Shown: piece after piece, positions 26,157 to 36,827 of the stretch
Numbering within the stretch: position 1 is the first letter of the stretch
How the letters are laid out: the number at the start of each line of letters is the position of its first letter
Origin: a virus
Length of the DNA stretch: 59,361 bases
UHGV virus genome: UHGV-0259576
Reading direction: 5' to 3' (one strand)
The notes under the pieces: model-generated
Seen by the model: the letters and a program-made list of their open reading frames with translations, nothing else
Told to the model about the DNA's origin: nothing
Database searches by the model: none
Position numbers and translations under genes: made by a program

Positions 26157-29100
26157 CAGCAAAGACGTCGAACTAAGGATCCGGGCGAGGGATTTCAGCC
26201 AGAAACCCCTTAAAGCCGTGGCCTCCGCGATTGAAGCAATGGCGAAGGCGCAGGACGACCAGCGTAAAGCGGCAGAACGGGGCGAAGTCTCGACGCGTCA
26301 GCTGGAAGCCTCGTACAAAAAACTTGAGCAGGCCGGGCAGCAGCTGTTAAAGCTGAATGCCCTTGTGGAGCTGTATAAACGTCAGAACGCCACGATGGTT
26401 GAAGCGGCGCAAAAGACGGAAGCCTTACGGGCCAAGCAAGCGCAGCTGCAGCAAGCGTATGACTCCGCGGCGAAGGTAACTAAAAAACAGGAAGCCGAAC
26501 TCGCCCGGGTTAACCGGCAGGTAGAGCGTGCAGAGCGCACCGAGGCGTCGCGGGCGGCGCAGGTGAGCCGGACTACCAAAGAACTGCAGCGATACGGTAT
26601 TGAGACGAAAAACCTTGGTGCCGCGCAGTCCAGCATCGTTAACAGCGTGGCGAGCGTTAATAAGGTACTGCAGCAGCAGGAAAACATCATCGCTACCGCG
26701 CCTGCGGCGGCCGCCCAAAATAAAGTCATACAGGGGCTGCAGCAGCAAGCGCAGCAGGCCCTGGCGGCGGCAAAAGGGTATTCAACCCTGGGCCGGGTCG
26801 TACAGACCACCACATCGCAGATGGGGCCGCTGGCGTCGCAAATCCAGCAAATCGTAAGCCCGTCAGACGCTGCGCGCCGGACGCTGTCTGGACTGCAGCA
26901 GCAGGTGACATCCCTTGCGACGGAGATAGCGAATAGCGGCAAAAAGATTACCGATATTACAGGCAAGATCCGCCAGCTGAATGACGCGAATAAGAGCGTC
27001 TCGGCCATGGCGCAGCAGATCGATATGTACCGTCAGCAGGTGGCAGCGATCCGGGCAGCGCGGGCGGAATACCGCACAGCAATGGGGGCGGTACAGGGTT
27101 TAGCGCAGCAAATGCGAACGGCCACTACCGACACGGGTGAATTGTCGGTCCGGATGCAGGCGGCACAGCAGAGACTTGCGGCGGCCGCCCGGTCATTGCG
27201 GGACACCGGAACTGCGGCCCGTACGACACAATCGGCTTTGCGGGCGGCGGGCATTGATACCCGTAATTTGGATAGCGCAGAACAAGCGCTGATTTCTACG
27301 AGCCGGCAGACTACCAGTTCGATAAACTCCTTAACGCAGGCGTTGCGGAATAACTCAGGTGCCACGCGCGACGGTTCAAAAGCCTTCTCCCTTTTCCGGG
27401 ATGAGGGACGAACCACCCTATCCATGCTGCAGCGTATCCGCGGCGAGGTCCTGGGGCTGGCCACGGCGTATGTAGGCGTTCAGGGCGCGCTTAATCAGGC
27501 ATCGGGTGCGGTGAATGCGTATAAGATGCGCCAGCAAGCCCTGGTTAAGATCTCCACCGTTGTTGGGGAAAGCCAGGCGGCACTTAACGACGAATGGCGA
27601 TATATGCTCGGTCTTTCCGACAAACTGGGTATTGATATCGGCGTGGTATCGAACTCGTATACCCGGTTCGCGGTAGCGGCGAAAGCCGTCGGCCTGTCGT
27701 TGCAGGACTCAAAATTCATATTCGAAAGCGTGGCGAAAGCCGGTCGTGTTTTCCACCTCTCCGCGGATGATATGAACGGTATTTTCCGCGCACTGGAACA
27801 GATGCTGTCGAAAGGGCAGGTTTACGCCGAAGAACTGCGCGGCCAGCTGGGTGAACGTTTACCCGGGGCGGTGGCGCTGTTCGCGAAAGGCATGAACATG
27901 ACCACGACGGAGCTGATGAAGGCGATGGAAAACGGCGAGGTTTCAGGTGAAGCGGTTATAAACTTCGCCCGTGAACAAGCCAAGGCTATTGATGCCCAAC
28001 TGGAAACCGCAAGCAAAGGCGTAGACGCGATGGAAGCGCGTACCCGTAACGCGATGAATGCATTCCAGCTGGCGTTAGCGGACTCCGGTTATATCGATGC
28101 ATACGTTCAGCTGCTGCAGAAGGTCACGGACTTCCTTAACAGCTCGGATGGGAAGGAGGCCGCGGTAAAACTGGGTGCGGCATTCAGCTACGTGGCGGAT
28201 ACCCTCGGATATCTGATTGACAACCTGGACACGGTTATCACGGTGCTCGGCGTCCTGGCCGGCCTTAAAATAACGCGGATGGTCCTGGGGTTAGTCGGGT
28301 CTATCCGTACGATGTTGCCAATGCTGAAAGAAGGCGTCGTTCTCATCCGCGGGGTATACACCGGCCTTCTGTCATGGGCGTCAGGTCTTGCAACGGTTGA
28401 AGGTGCGGTCGGGCTTCTAGGCGTCGCGTTACGCGGGCTGCTGCGTATCATCCCGTTTGTCGGTGCAGCGCTTATCGCGTACGACATCGGCTCAATCATG
28501 TACGACCAGTCGTCGACCTTCCGGCAGGGGGTGGATGAGGTCATCCGTGATTACAAAAACCTAGGCAATCAGCTGCTGGCGGTTGGGGAGTCAATCCCGA
28601 CGATGCTGTACGACATCCTGATCGGCTGGGTGCGCCCGGTCACGACGCAATTCGCCACGGCCACGAAGATGATCATGGGCTGGATTGCGGATGTGTTGCG
28701 CCTGATCCCCGGTGTCGGCGAAACGCTGGCAAACTGGGCGGATAGCCTGGCCGAAGACATGACGAAAGAACACCGCGACTTCCTGGAGTCCACGGGCAAG
28801 GTCTGGGATGACGTCGATAAAAAATGGGCCGAGTTAAATAAAAACATGGTCGACACCAACAAGACTGCGGTGGATGTTATCCGTGGTCAGGTGGCGACGC
28901 TGATGGCCGATATTAAGGCGATCACAAACCCTCAATTCCAGTACACCGCTGACCCGGAAACTGGAGTCACCCAGCGCGACCGCGACATCAAAGGCATGAC
29001 GAAAGATCTTGCCAAGATGGAAGAACAGGCGAAAAAGGCAGGGGTGGCTGCGCAGAAAGCGTTGCAGCGTAAAAACCTACCCGGCCGCCTGGCGATTATC

Positions 29101-30456
29101 GACGAGGAATTCGCTCCGCAATACCAGCGCGCCAAGTCGATCGGCGGTGATGAAGGGGCTACGATGGTCAAGCGTCTCGACGCGATTGTGGCCGCGCGGA
29201 AGAAAGCCGAGACGGATTCGTATAACGCCATGGACAACGGCAGCAAGGCCCGGGCGAATGCCGCGAAGCGCGAGGAAAACGCCCTGGCGGCGCTGACCTC
29301 GCAGTATGAAAAACTGGATGACGCTGTCGGGGTCAAGCAGTCTAAGGTCGACCCGAATGCCACGTTTGATGACCGACTGCAGGCGAAACTGCAGGCTGTT
29401 AATACCCAGTACGACCAGCTGATCGCCAAGGCGAAGAAACTCGGTTCGGGCGGGGAAGAACTGGCCGGCAAGTTCGAAGACCTGCGCAAGCGGAATCTCG
29501 AATACACCACCACGCAGGCGAAGCTGGAAGAAATCAAGCGCGTGGAAGACCAGCTTAACGCGGTCCAGGAAACGAAGAAAAGCCTGCTGGACGAGATTAA
29601 TGCCAAGCGTCAGGCGGGCATCATCTCCGAAGATGAGGCGGTGAAGCAGACGTCCGAGCTGTATGCGACGATGAACGTGAACCTGCAGCAGTCGGCGAAC
29701 ACCCTGGACCAGCTGGCGCAGAAATTCCGCAATGTGTTGTCGCCGGAAGACTATGCGGCGCTCATGGCCAAAATTGCGCAGATCCGCGCGGGCCTGAATG
29801 ACGTCACCGGCACATTCACCCAGATGGATAGTACGGTGGTGCAGGGCGTTCTGGATGGCCTGGCGACGGGGCTGCAGTCTGTTACGGATAGCCTTGTCCA
29901 AGTCCTTAGCGGCACGATGTCCCTGCAGGATGCATTCCGGAGCCTCGGCGCGACCGTAACCAAGTTCTTCGCGGACTTCCTGATGAAGATTGCGCAGGCG
30001 ATTCTACAGCAGATGGTACTAAACTCCCTGGCAGGGATGGGCGGCGGCATCGGTGCGGCAGCGGCATCCCTCGGTGGCGTAGCGGCGAAACACAATGGCG
30101 GCATCATCGGCAGCAAAACGACGGGCGGCCAGCAGCGGAAAAACTCCGTCAGCCCGTCGTTGTTTGTCGGGGCGCCGCGCTTCCATGATGGTGGCCTGCC
30201 GGGTCTTAAATCAGATGAGGTACCAATCATCGCGCAGAAAGGCGAACAGATCCTGTCCAAAGATGACCCGAATAATATAATGAACCAGGGAAGCGGCGGT
30301 GGTTCAGGGTCATCGAATCCGCAGGATATCCGGGTTATCAATACGATAGATTCGGCATCGGTTGTCGCCGCTGGGCTAACCGCCCCGGAAAATAGTAAAG
30401 TGATCCTTAACTACATCAAGGCCAATAAACAGGCCGTTAAACAGGTTCTGGGGTGA
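26149..30456 (+). CDS. tail tape measure protein (1435 aa)
   Basis: Very long protein rich in Ala/Gln/Leu coiled-coil sequence, with hydrophobic glycine-rich segments and a Gly-rich C-terminus. Located after G/G-T. Confidence 0.9.
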   Translation: MANSKDVELRIRARDFSQKPLKAVASAIEAMAKAQDDQRKAAERGEVSTRQLEASYKKLEQAGQQLLKLNALVELYKRQNATMVEAAQKTEALRAKQAQLQQAYDSAAKVTKKQEAELARVNRQVERAERTEASRAAQVSRTTKELQRYGIETKNLGAAQSSIVNSVASVNKVLQQQENIIATAPAAAAQNKVIQGLQQQAQQALAAAKGYSTLGRVVQTTTSQMGPLASQIQQIVSPSDAARRTLSGLQQQVTSLATEIANSGKKITDITGKIRQLNDANKSVSAMAQQIDMYRQQVAAIRAARAEYRTAMGAVQGLAQQMRTATTDTGELSVRMQAAQQRLAAAARSLRDTGTAARTTQSALRAAGIDTRNLDSAEQALISTSRQTTSSINSLTQALRNNSGATRDGSKAFSLFRDEGRTTLSMLQRIRGEVLGLATAYVGVQGALNQASGAVNAYKMRQQALVKISTVVGESQAALNDEWRYMLGLSDKLGIDIGVVSNSYTRFAVAAKAVGLSLQDSKFIFESVAKAGRVFHLSADDMNGIFRALEQMLSKGQVYAEELRGQLGERLPGAVALFAKGMNMTTTELMKAMENGEVSGEAVINFAREQAKAIDAQLETASKGVDAMEARTRNAMNAFQLALADSGYIDAYVQLLQKVTDFLNSSDGKEAAVKLGAAFSYVADTLGYLIDNLDTVITVLGVLAGLKITRMVLGLVGSIRTMLPMLKEGVVLIRGVYTGLLSWASGLATVEGAVGLLGVALRGLLRIIPFVGAALIAYDIGSIMYDQSSTFRQGVDEVIRDYKNLGNQLLAVGESIPTMLYDILIGWVRPVTTQFATATKMIMGWIADVLRLIPGVGETLANWADSLAEDMTKEHRDFLESTGKVWDDVDKKWAELNKNMVDTNKTAVDVIRGQVATLMADIKAITNPQFQYTADPETGVTQRDRDIKGMTKDLAKMEEQAKKAGVAAQKALQRKNLPGRLAIIDEEFAPQYQRAKSIGGDEGATMVKRLDAIVAARKKAETDSYNAMDNGSKARANAAKREENALAALTSQYEKLDDAVGVKQSKVDPNATFDDRLQAKLQAVNTQYDQLIAKAKKLGSGGEELAGKFEDLRKRNLEYTTTQAKLEEIKRVEDQLNAVQETKKSLLDEINAKRQAGIISEDEAVKQTSELYATMNVNLQQSANTLDQLAQKFRNVLSPEDYAALMAKIAQIRAGLNDVTGTFTQMDSTVVQGVLDGLATGLQSVTDSLVQVLSGTMSLQDAFRSLGATVTKFFADFLMKIAQAILQQMVLNSLAGMGGGIGAAAASLGGVAAKHNGGIIGSKTTGGQQRKNSVSPSLFVGAPRFHDGGLPGLKSDEVPIIAQKGEQILSKDDPNNIMNQGSGGGSGSSNPQDIRVINTIDSASVVAAGLTAPENSKVILNYIKANKQAVKQVLG

Positions 30457-30459
30457 TGA

Positions 30460-33249
30460 ATGGCGGGATTAACCGACAATGATGCACTGGTCAGCAGCGA
30501 TGGACTGGTAGCGCACAGCCTTACTGACTCGACGACTGACGCATCGGGCATTAATCCGGCGGCGGGAACGTCGTCGGAACAGTTCCGGATGGTGACGGGA
30601 CTTCTGCGGGCGCACCGTATCGATCCCCGCCCGGCGGCTGTACAGCTGGCCAATCGCATCCTGACTGCAGCCGTATCCTATCTCTACCGTGGTCAGTCGT
30701 CAGAAACCGGGACGTTTATCCCGCACTACCTTATCGGCGTCCGCCATAACTTCACGTTGAGCAATGGCGACGTGGTGCAGCCCGGTGATGCATACCGTAT
30801 CGCCCCGACGATGGAGATTGAGCCGAGTACCGATACCGACTCGGAAAACCGTGCTTTTCGTGATGCGTATGAAGCCTTCTCGACCGGCTCCGACGTAATG
30901 GGGGAGAACGCCTGGACAAAAGGGCGGGACGCTACGGTAAATCAGGTCAACGTCTCGATGCAATACAGTGGCCTGATGTATACGCCCGGCGCCGTGCCGG
31001 TAATAACGCAGTTCACTCCGGGCGATAACGGCTGGCGGTCCCCGGCGTATGTCGGAAAGCAGATCGGGAGCCAATGGGCCGCACAGGGCAATACTACGGC
31101 GACGGGTAACGTTCTGTCGCTGATGCAGGCCGCGCAGGAAGCATGGGCGTCCAGTTACCCAACGCGAGTGGCCGGCTTGTTCGTCCCGGTGTTCTATTTC
31201 GACGCGCCCGGGTCGACGGCGTACGGCGCAGCCAATACATTCGGGTGGGGCGGTCCGCTGGACTCAAGAGGCATGCTCGACCAGCTGGTAGCGATGCGGG
31301 ATGCCGCTGATATCGCTCGACTGACGAACAACGCCAGCCTCAAGACGCAGGCGCAGAACATCGCGACTAACGCGCTCTACTGGTTCGCCAATGACCGCAA
31401 CTGGATCCCGTCAAACCCGGGCATCGCAGACGCCTGGAGCGCGGCGATCCGCAAAGCGGCCGTTCTGGGGTACCAGGAGGGTGATACCGTTACGCTGCCT
31501 GAACTCTGGTTCACCGTCCCGAACCGCCTGAATACCGACGGCTCATTCCCCACGCCTGTCTATGAGCCGGGGCTACTGGCGGTGGCGCTGCAGGCGGCGA
31601 TCGCGGTGGATAAGCTGCAGCGGCCCAACAACGCCGCCGGTGCGCTGTCTACCGAAGTGGCGCGTGTGGTAGAAAAGTGCGTCCAGATGTTCGACTTCAC
31701 CTACGTTACCAGCGGCGTAATGGCCGGAACATTCAGTCCGGACCCGGCGAATCTTAAATGGCAAGGGCGCTGGCATGCGGAGCTGCTGAATGCCATGGTG
31801 GACCTGTATAACTGGTGTGGGCAGTCGAATAATAACTACACCACCACGCGGGCGAAGGCGCGGGAGTGGATCACGGGGCTACTGGACTCGGCGGAAGGGC
31901 TATCGGCAGATCAGTCAGGCGGGTTTATCTATGGTCGCTCCATGTGGCCGCTGCAGCCAAACTGGAAAGATGGCATGACAGAGGCGTTTGAGTTCTCCAC
32001 GCAGATCATCACGGCAGATAGCGGCAGAGAGCAGCGCTTGTCCCGTCGCACTAAACCGCGCCGGGCGTTGTCCATGCGCCATACGCTGACGACCGCCGAC
32101 GAGGCTGCGCAGTACCAGGCCATCATCCGGAAGCGCCAGTGGCGGCCAATGCTCGTTCCGCAGTGGCACATGGCATCTCGCACGCTGGTAGCAGGGAAAG
32201 TCGGCGATACCACCCTGACCCTGGACAAAGAACCGCCGGCCACCTGGGGCGTGGTGAAAGCACTCTATCTCGTATCCTGGGATGACCGCCAGCTGCTTAA
32301 CGTGCTGCGGGTATCCGGGACGACGGTTATGCTGCGTGATTCGCTGATGTTCCCCGTACCGCGAGGGTCGGATATTATGCCGGTGCAGTACGGGCTGCTG
32401 AACAATGACCTGTCGTCTTCCAGGGCGACCTCCACTACGGTCGAAGCGCAGGTCGGCTTCACGATCCTGCCGCAGACGGACTCGTTTACCGTGCCGGCAG
32501 TATCATCGTACAACGACCTGATTTCGTTTATCGCGGAACAGGGTCATCGCTGGGCTAAATACATCCGACTGGCGGCGTTGCTTGACCCGGCAGTCTGGCC
32601 GACATGGCCGCCAATGCCGTCGAACTATACGACGCGAATGACCTTCGAACTGAATGGCGATACCCGCATGGTCATCACCCGTAAGCCTAACTGGGTATCC
32701 GCGGTGACAGTGGCCGATGCCTGGCAGTACGACCTGATCGACTACTACAACTCGGCGGTTACGCCTGGGTATGCGGAGAACGCTGGGCGCCGTACATTCC
32801 AGGCGCAGTGGACCGCATTCACGTATGATGAAGTTATCGACATCCTCTCGGTGTTCTACGCGCTGCGTGGCGCGCAGGTGGTCTGCTGGGTGCCATCATG
32901 GTCGCACGACCTGACGGCGGCCGCCGATATGCCGGCACCGAATCAGTTACGGGTGGAGCGGAATGCTGTCATTGATGAAGAGATTTTGCTGGACGACCCG
33001 AGTATCGCATTGATGGTTGAAACGTTTGACGGCCGCATGTATTGCGCGGCTGCTACCAGCGTAACAACGTCAGTGGGGGTGTCGACGATCACACTGGACC
33101 GCGAGTTTTTCAGCGCGCTCAAAAAGACGGACATAATGCGGATCAGCCTGATGTACCGCGTACGGCAGGCCAGTGATTCGGTTGAACTTACATGGCATGC
33201 CCGCGGCATCGCCGAATTGCAGACGGCCTTTATCACCGTCCAGGAGTAA
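30460..33249 (+). CDS. large tail protein (929 aa), possibly distal-tail/baseplate with N-terminal enzymatic-like extension
   Basis: Immediately follows the TMP. C-terminal ~200 aa resemble distal-tail (GTA g12/DUF2460-like) proteins. N-terminal 700 aa are unrecognised. Confidence 0.55.
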   Translation: MAGLTDNDALVSSDGLVAHSLTDSTTDASGINPAAGTSSEQFRMVTGLLRAHRIDPRPAAVQLANRILTAAVSYLYRGQSSETGTFIPHYLIGVRHNFTLSNGDVVQPGDAYRIAPTMEIEPSTDTDSENRAFRDAYEAFSTGSDVMGENAWTKGRDATVNQVNVSMQYSGLMYTPGAVPVITQFTPGDNGWRSPAYVGKQIGSQWAAQGNTTATGNVLSLMQAAQEAWASSYPTRVAGLFVPVFYFDAPGSTAYGAANTFGWGGPLDSRGMLDQLVAMRDAADIARLTNNASLKTQAQNIATNALYWFANDRNWIPSNPGIADAWSAAIRKAAVLGYQEGDTVTLPELWFTVPNRLNTDGSFPTPVYEPGLLAVALQAAIAVDKLQRPNNAAGALSTEVARVVEKCVQMFDFTYVTSGVMAGTFSPDPANLKWQGRWHAELLNAMVDLYNWCGQSNNNYTTTRAKAREWITGLLDSAEGLSADQSGGFIYGRSMWPLQPNWKDGMTEAFEFSTQIITADSGREQRLSRRTKPRRALSMRHTLTTADEAAQYQAIIRKRQWRPMLVPQWHMASRTLVAGKVGDTTLTLDKEPPATWGVVKALYLVSWDDRQLLNVLRVSGTTVMLRDSLMFPVPRGSDIMPVQYGLLNNDLSSSRATSTTVEAQVGFTILPQTDSFTVPAVSSYNDLISFIAEQGHRWAKYIRLAALLDPAVWPTWPPMPSNYTTRMTFELNGDTRMVITRKPNWVSAVTVADAWQYDLIDYYNSAVTPGYAENAGRRTFQAQWTAFTYDEVIDILSVFYALRGAQVVCWVPSWSHDLTAAADMPAPNQLRVERNAVIDEEILLDDPSIALMVETFDGRMYCAAATSVTTSVGVSTITLDREFFSALKKTDIMRISLMYRVRQASDSVELTWHARGIAELQTAFITVQE

Positions 33250-33252
33250 AAC

Positions 33253-34101
33253 GTGTCATATCCTCAACTGGAAGATAGCGTTGACCGCGGGAAACCGCTG
33301 TATTTTTACGAGTTCATTTACGGTGATGCAGCGACCAATGCGTACCGTTACGTCGCCGCGCTGGACCTCACTATCTACGGCGGCCGACCATGGACACCTT
33401 TCCCGATAAAACACAGTGAAATCGTCACATCGGGGTCACTGGATAAGCAGACACTGACGGTGACGGCGAGGGAGGACATCGATATTACAGGTCTGGTAGT
33501 GACCCGCGCGCCAAGCCGCATCACGACGCTGAATATCTACCGTGGCCATGCTGGCGATGATGACCTGCGGATGATCTGGACTGGGCGCGTCCTGTCCGGC
33601 AACATGATAGAGTCGTCCGAGGTGGAACTGGCCTGCGAGTCCATAAGCACATCGCAGCTGAATATCGGTCTGCGGCGTAAGTATCAACGCGGATGCCCGC
33701 ATGCACTTTACGGTCGGGCCTGTTCAGCGGATAAGTCGCTGCATTCGGAGTCCGGTTCGTCCACGGCGGTCGCTAATTCAATGACGGTATCCGTTACACT
33801 GACTAGTGAAGACCGCGGGCTGACCGAGGCTACCCTGACTGGTGGTATCTTCCGCATCACGTTGAAGAACGGCCTGACCGAAATCCGGGCGATCTCGTCT
33901 GCGATAAACAACGGTGGCCGCAACTGGACGTTGAATATCATCGCGCCTATTTCCGACATGACCGCTGGCCGTCCGGTTTCAGTATCGAAAGGTTGCCTCC
34001 ACACCTTCGATGCGTGTAAAAACGTGTTTAATAACGCGGATAATTATGGCGGATGTGCCAATATCCCTGTCAAAAACCCGTTCAATGCAAACCAGTTCTA
34101 G
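33253..34101 (+). CDS. tail tip protein of the DUF2163 (phage BR0599/TIGR02218-like) family (282 aa)
   Basis: N-terminal KPLYFYEFIYGD...YRYVAALDLTIYGGRPWTPFPI and C-terminal Cys pairs (GCPHALYGRAC, GCLHTFDACK) match this family's pattern. Confidence 0.5.
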   Translation: MSYPQLEDSVDRGKPLYFYEFIYGDAATNAYRYVAALDLTIYGGRPWTPFPIKHSEIVTSGSLDKQTLTVTAREDIDITGLVVTRAPSRITTLNIYRGHAGDDDLRMIWTGRVLSGNMIESSEVELACESISTSQLNIGLRRKYQRGCPHALYGRACSADKSLHSESGSSTAVANSMTVSVTLTSEDRGLTEATLTGGIFRITLKNGLTEIRAISSAINNGGRNWTLNIIAPISDMTAGRPVSVSKGCLHTFDACKNVFNNADNYGGCANIPVKNPFNANQF

Positions 34102-34109
34102 GGGGCGCC

Positions 34110-34337
34110 ATGCCAGATTGGGTCGTTTATATAATCATTTCCATCGCGATGTCGCTGGCCAGTTACGCCCTGACTCCGCGGGCCAAAACGTCCAGCGCTA
34201 ACCAGTCTCCGCAGACGGTCGATGTGCCGACGGTCGACGCTGGACGATCCATTCCGGTAGTCTTCGGGACGGTGCGTGTGAAATCGCCTAACCTGTTATG
34301 GATGGGCGGACAACTGACAACGGAGATCAAGAAATGA
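34110..34337 (+). CDS. small membrane protein (75 aa)
   Basis: GGGGG SD. TM segment WVVYIIISIAMSLASYAL. Confidence 0.4.
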   Translation: MPDWVVYIIISIAMSLASYALTPRAKTSSANQSPQTVDVPTVDAGRSIPVVFGTVRVKSPNLLWMGGQLTTEIKK

Positions 34338-34540
34338 GTGATATCCGCGTATTACCTACCGACCTGCCGACGGCGGGTCTTTGCGTTAATGGCGCTCGCG
34401 ACTGGTTCGCGAAACATGGGCTGGACTTTCGGGATTTCATTAAGAACGGAACTCCGGTAGAGGTCATGCGGGCGACCCGTTGCCCGCTGGCGGAACGTGC
34501 TTGCCAGGCCGCCGAGAAGCGCGTCAACGGAGATAACTGA
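34334..34540 (+). CDS. small hypothetical tail-module protein (68 aa)
   Basis: GGAG SD. Overlapping start/stop with its neighbours. Confidence 0.4.
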   Translation: MSDIRVLPTDLPTAGLCVNGARDWFAKHGLDFRDFIKNGTPVEVMRATRCPLAERACQAAEKRVNGDN

Positions 34541-36825
34541 TGGGCGGGAAAAGCAAGAAAAAATCGGTCGTCGGCTATAAGTACAATATCGGGCTTCATT
34601 TCGCCATTTGCCATGGGCCGATCGCCAAGCTGCAGGAAATCTGGTGGGCCGATAAAGTCGCCTGGTCCGGCAACGTGGAAAACCCGGGCGACGAGTCACA
34701 GGCGCTTGTGGCGGTGGACAATACCGGCCTGTTCGGCGGGGACTCATCGGAAGGCGGCGTAAAGGGCCTGGTGGAAATCGGCTTCGGTGGCTGGGGGCAG
34801 CGCTGTATCGGCGTTGGCTCTGACGGGTCGTATTCCGCGCCGGCCATCCTGGCCTGGTTCATTTCCAAAGGGTATAACTGGAAGCCGCAGGTTAAGGTGC
34901 CGGACCTCGGCCTGAATTACCGTGGGCTGGCGGTCGCGCTGATGCATGACCACTACATCGGGAACAACGCCTACCTGAAAGATGTGTCGTTCAAGGTCAG
35001 CTGCTTCTGGGCCGACTGGCACCCTGAACTTTGCTACATCGGCGATAACATGAACCCGGCGCACATCATCCGCGAAGGATTGGTGAACACGGAATGGGGT
35101 CTGGGGTACGCGCCCGCTACGATCGATGACGCCGCATATCTTTCTGCCGCGCAGACTCTGTATAACGAGGGCTTCGGGCTATCCTTCGTCTGGGATGACG
35201 ACAAAGACCTCTACACCTTCATTGACGATGTGAAGTCGTGCATTAACGCCGTGACGTATCTCGACCCGCGTTCCGGGTTATGGACGATTAAACTTATCCG
35301 GGCGGGTGAGCCATCGGCGCTGACCATTAATCCGGATAACGCCAGTCTGAAATCCTTTACCCGGAAAGCGCTGGGCGAAACGTACAACGAGATAAGCACG
35401 AAGTACACGAATCCGGAAAATGAAGAGTACGAGACTGTCACCGTTCAGGATCCGGCTAACATTGAGGCGCAGGGCCGCGTCGTGTCTACGACAAAAGAGT
35501 ACGTCGGCGTGCGGGACGCAAACCTGGCCATTCGGCTTACCGAACGTGACCTGCAGGTGGCCAGCGCGCAGCTGTGTACAGCCGAGGTGACGGTGAACCG
35601 CGAAGCGTGGGCCATCGCGCCGGGGATGAACGTTACCTTCAACTGGCCGAGGCACGGCATCTCGAACATGGTCATGCGTGTCGAAGAGGTGAGCATTGCC
35701 GCGGTCGGGGATGACTCGATCTCCCTGCGCATCGTGGAGGACGTCTTCTCGCGGTCCTCGGCGACCTTCGCCGGCTCGCAGGATAACGGCTGGGTCGACC
35801 CGGCACAACCGGCAACGTTGTTCCCGTACCGCCATACCTGGGAGTATCCGTTCTGGTATCTCATCCGTGCTGCAGGTCTGCCAGCAGACGTCCTGCCGAC
35901 CTTTGCGGGCTTCTCGACCGAGATTGCTACCGGCGGCAACGATAACGCGCAATCGGTCCAGCTGTTCTCCTACATCACCACGGAAGCCGGTCCATCGTGG
36001 CAGCTGGTCGCAGTTGGACCGCTGACGCCGAAATCCGCGTTGTCCGATGCTCTGGTTCCGGAAATTACCTCCCTGATGAAGCTGAATACGTCGGCCAGCT
36101 ACCGCCTGGCAGACATGGAGACGAACAGCTTTGCGCTTCTCACGGATGGTACCAACGAAGAGATCGTCCAGGTGACGAATTTCGCGGACGTCTCGCAGCA
36201 GGCTACCATTACCCGCGGTCTGATGGATACACAACCGCGTAACTGGCCAGCGGGTACCATCGTGTACTTCATCGGCTCCAGCTCCTTCCCGGAAGACGAG
36301 TCAGTCAGGTCATTCGGCGAGACGGTGCAATACCGGCCGGTGATGCAGACCTCCATTGACCAGATGGACATTAACAACGTTACGACGGATACCATCACCC
36401 TGCGCGGGCGGTACGAACTGCCGTACCCGGTTGCCAATGTGAAGATCGGCGGCACATACTGGCCAGGGTTGGTAAACGTCAATGGCATTGACCTCGCTGT
36501 CACCTGGGCCAACCGAAACCGCCTGCTGCAGGACGCGGCGACCCAGGTACCGTGGGACGCGGGCAATATCATTCCGGAAGACGGAACCACGGTGACGATC
36601 GAGCTGTGGCGTAGCGGCTCAATGGTATACCAGCAGCAGGGCATCACCGGCACGTCGTTTAACATCCCCGTGGATGCCTTATCGACCGGGTCCCATGAGA
36701 TCCGCATTTACACCGTGTGTGACGGTCGTCGGAACTACACGGATTTTCAGCACACCTTTAACGTCATCCTCCCGTCTCGCGATACGGGGTATGGCAATAG
36801 TTACGGATTCACTTACGGAGTATAA
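34540..36825 (+). CDS. tail tip / host-specificity-like protein (761 aa)
   Basis: Large protein in the tail-tip cluster. ATG overlaps the previous stop. Confidence 0.6.
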   Translation: MGGKSKKKSVVGYKYNIGLHFAICHGPIAKLQEIWWADKVAWSGNVENPGDESQALVAVDNTGLFGGDSSEGGVKGLVEIGFGGWGQRCIGVGSDGSYSAPAILAWFISKGYNWKPQVKVPDLGLNYRGLAVALMHDHYIGNNAYLKDVSFKVSCFWADWHPELCYIGDNMNPAHIIREGLVNTEWGLGYAPATIDDAAYLSAAQTLYNEGFGLSFVWDDDKDLYTFIDDVKSCINAVTYLDPRSGLWTIKLIRAGEPSALTINPDNASLKSFTRKALGETYNEISTKYTNPENEEYETVTVQDPANIEAQGRVVSTTKEYVGVRDANLAIRLTERDLQVASAQLCTAEVTVNREAWAIAPGMNVTFNWPRHGISNMVMRVEEVSIAAVGDDSISLRIVEDVFSRSSATFAGSQDNGWVDPAQPATLFPYRHTWEYPFWYLIRAAGLPADVLPTFAGFSTEIATGGNDNAQSVQLFSYITTEAGPSWQLVAVGPLTPKSALSDALVPEITSLMKLNTSASYRLADMETNSFALLTDGTNEEIVQVTNFADVSQQATITRGLMDTQPRNWPAGTIVYFIGSSSFPEDESVRSFGETVQYRPVMQTSIDQMDINNVTTDTITLRGRYELPYPVANVKIGGTYWPGLVNVNGIDLAVTWANRNRLLQDAATQVPWDAGNIIPEDGTTVTIELWRSGSMVYQQQGITGTSFNIPVDALSTGSHEIRIYTVCDGRRNYTDFQHTFNVILPSRDTGYGNSYGFTYGV

Positions 36826-36827
36826 CC

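Noticed and set aside
26382-27008. Long antisense ORFs inside the tape-measure and other large genes (e.g. 26382..27008, 29077..29901, 28932..29606, 35278..36234, 20653..21702, 24162..25334, 9013..9714, 11909..12721)
   Set aside because: Translations are Arg/Pro/Gly/Cys-rich low-complexity without SD, lying opposite well-supported coding frames. This is the usual by-product of GC-rich coding DNA.
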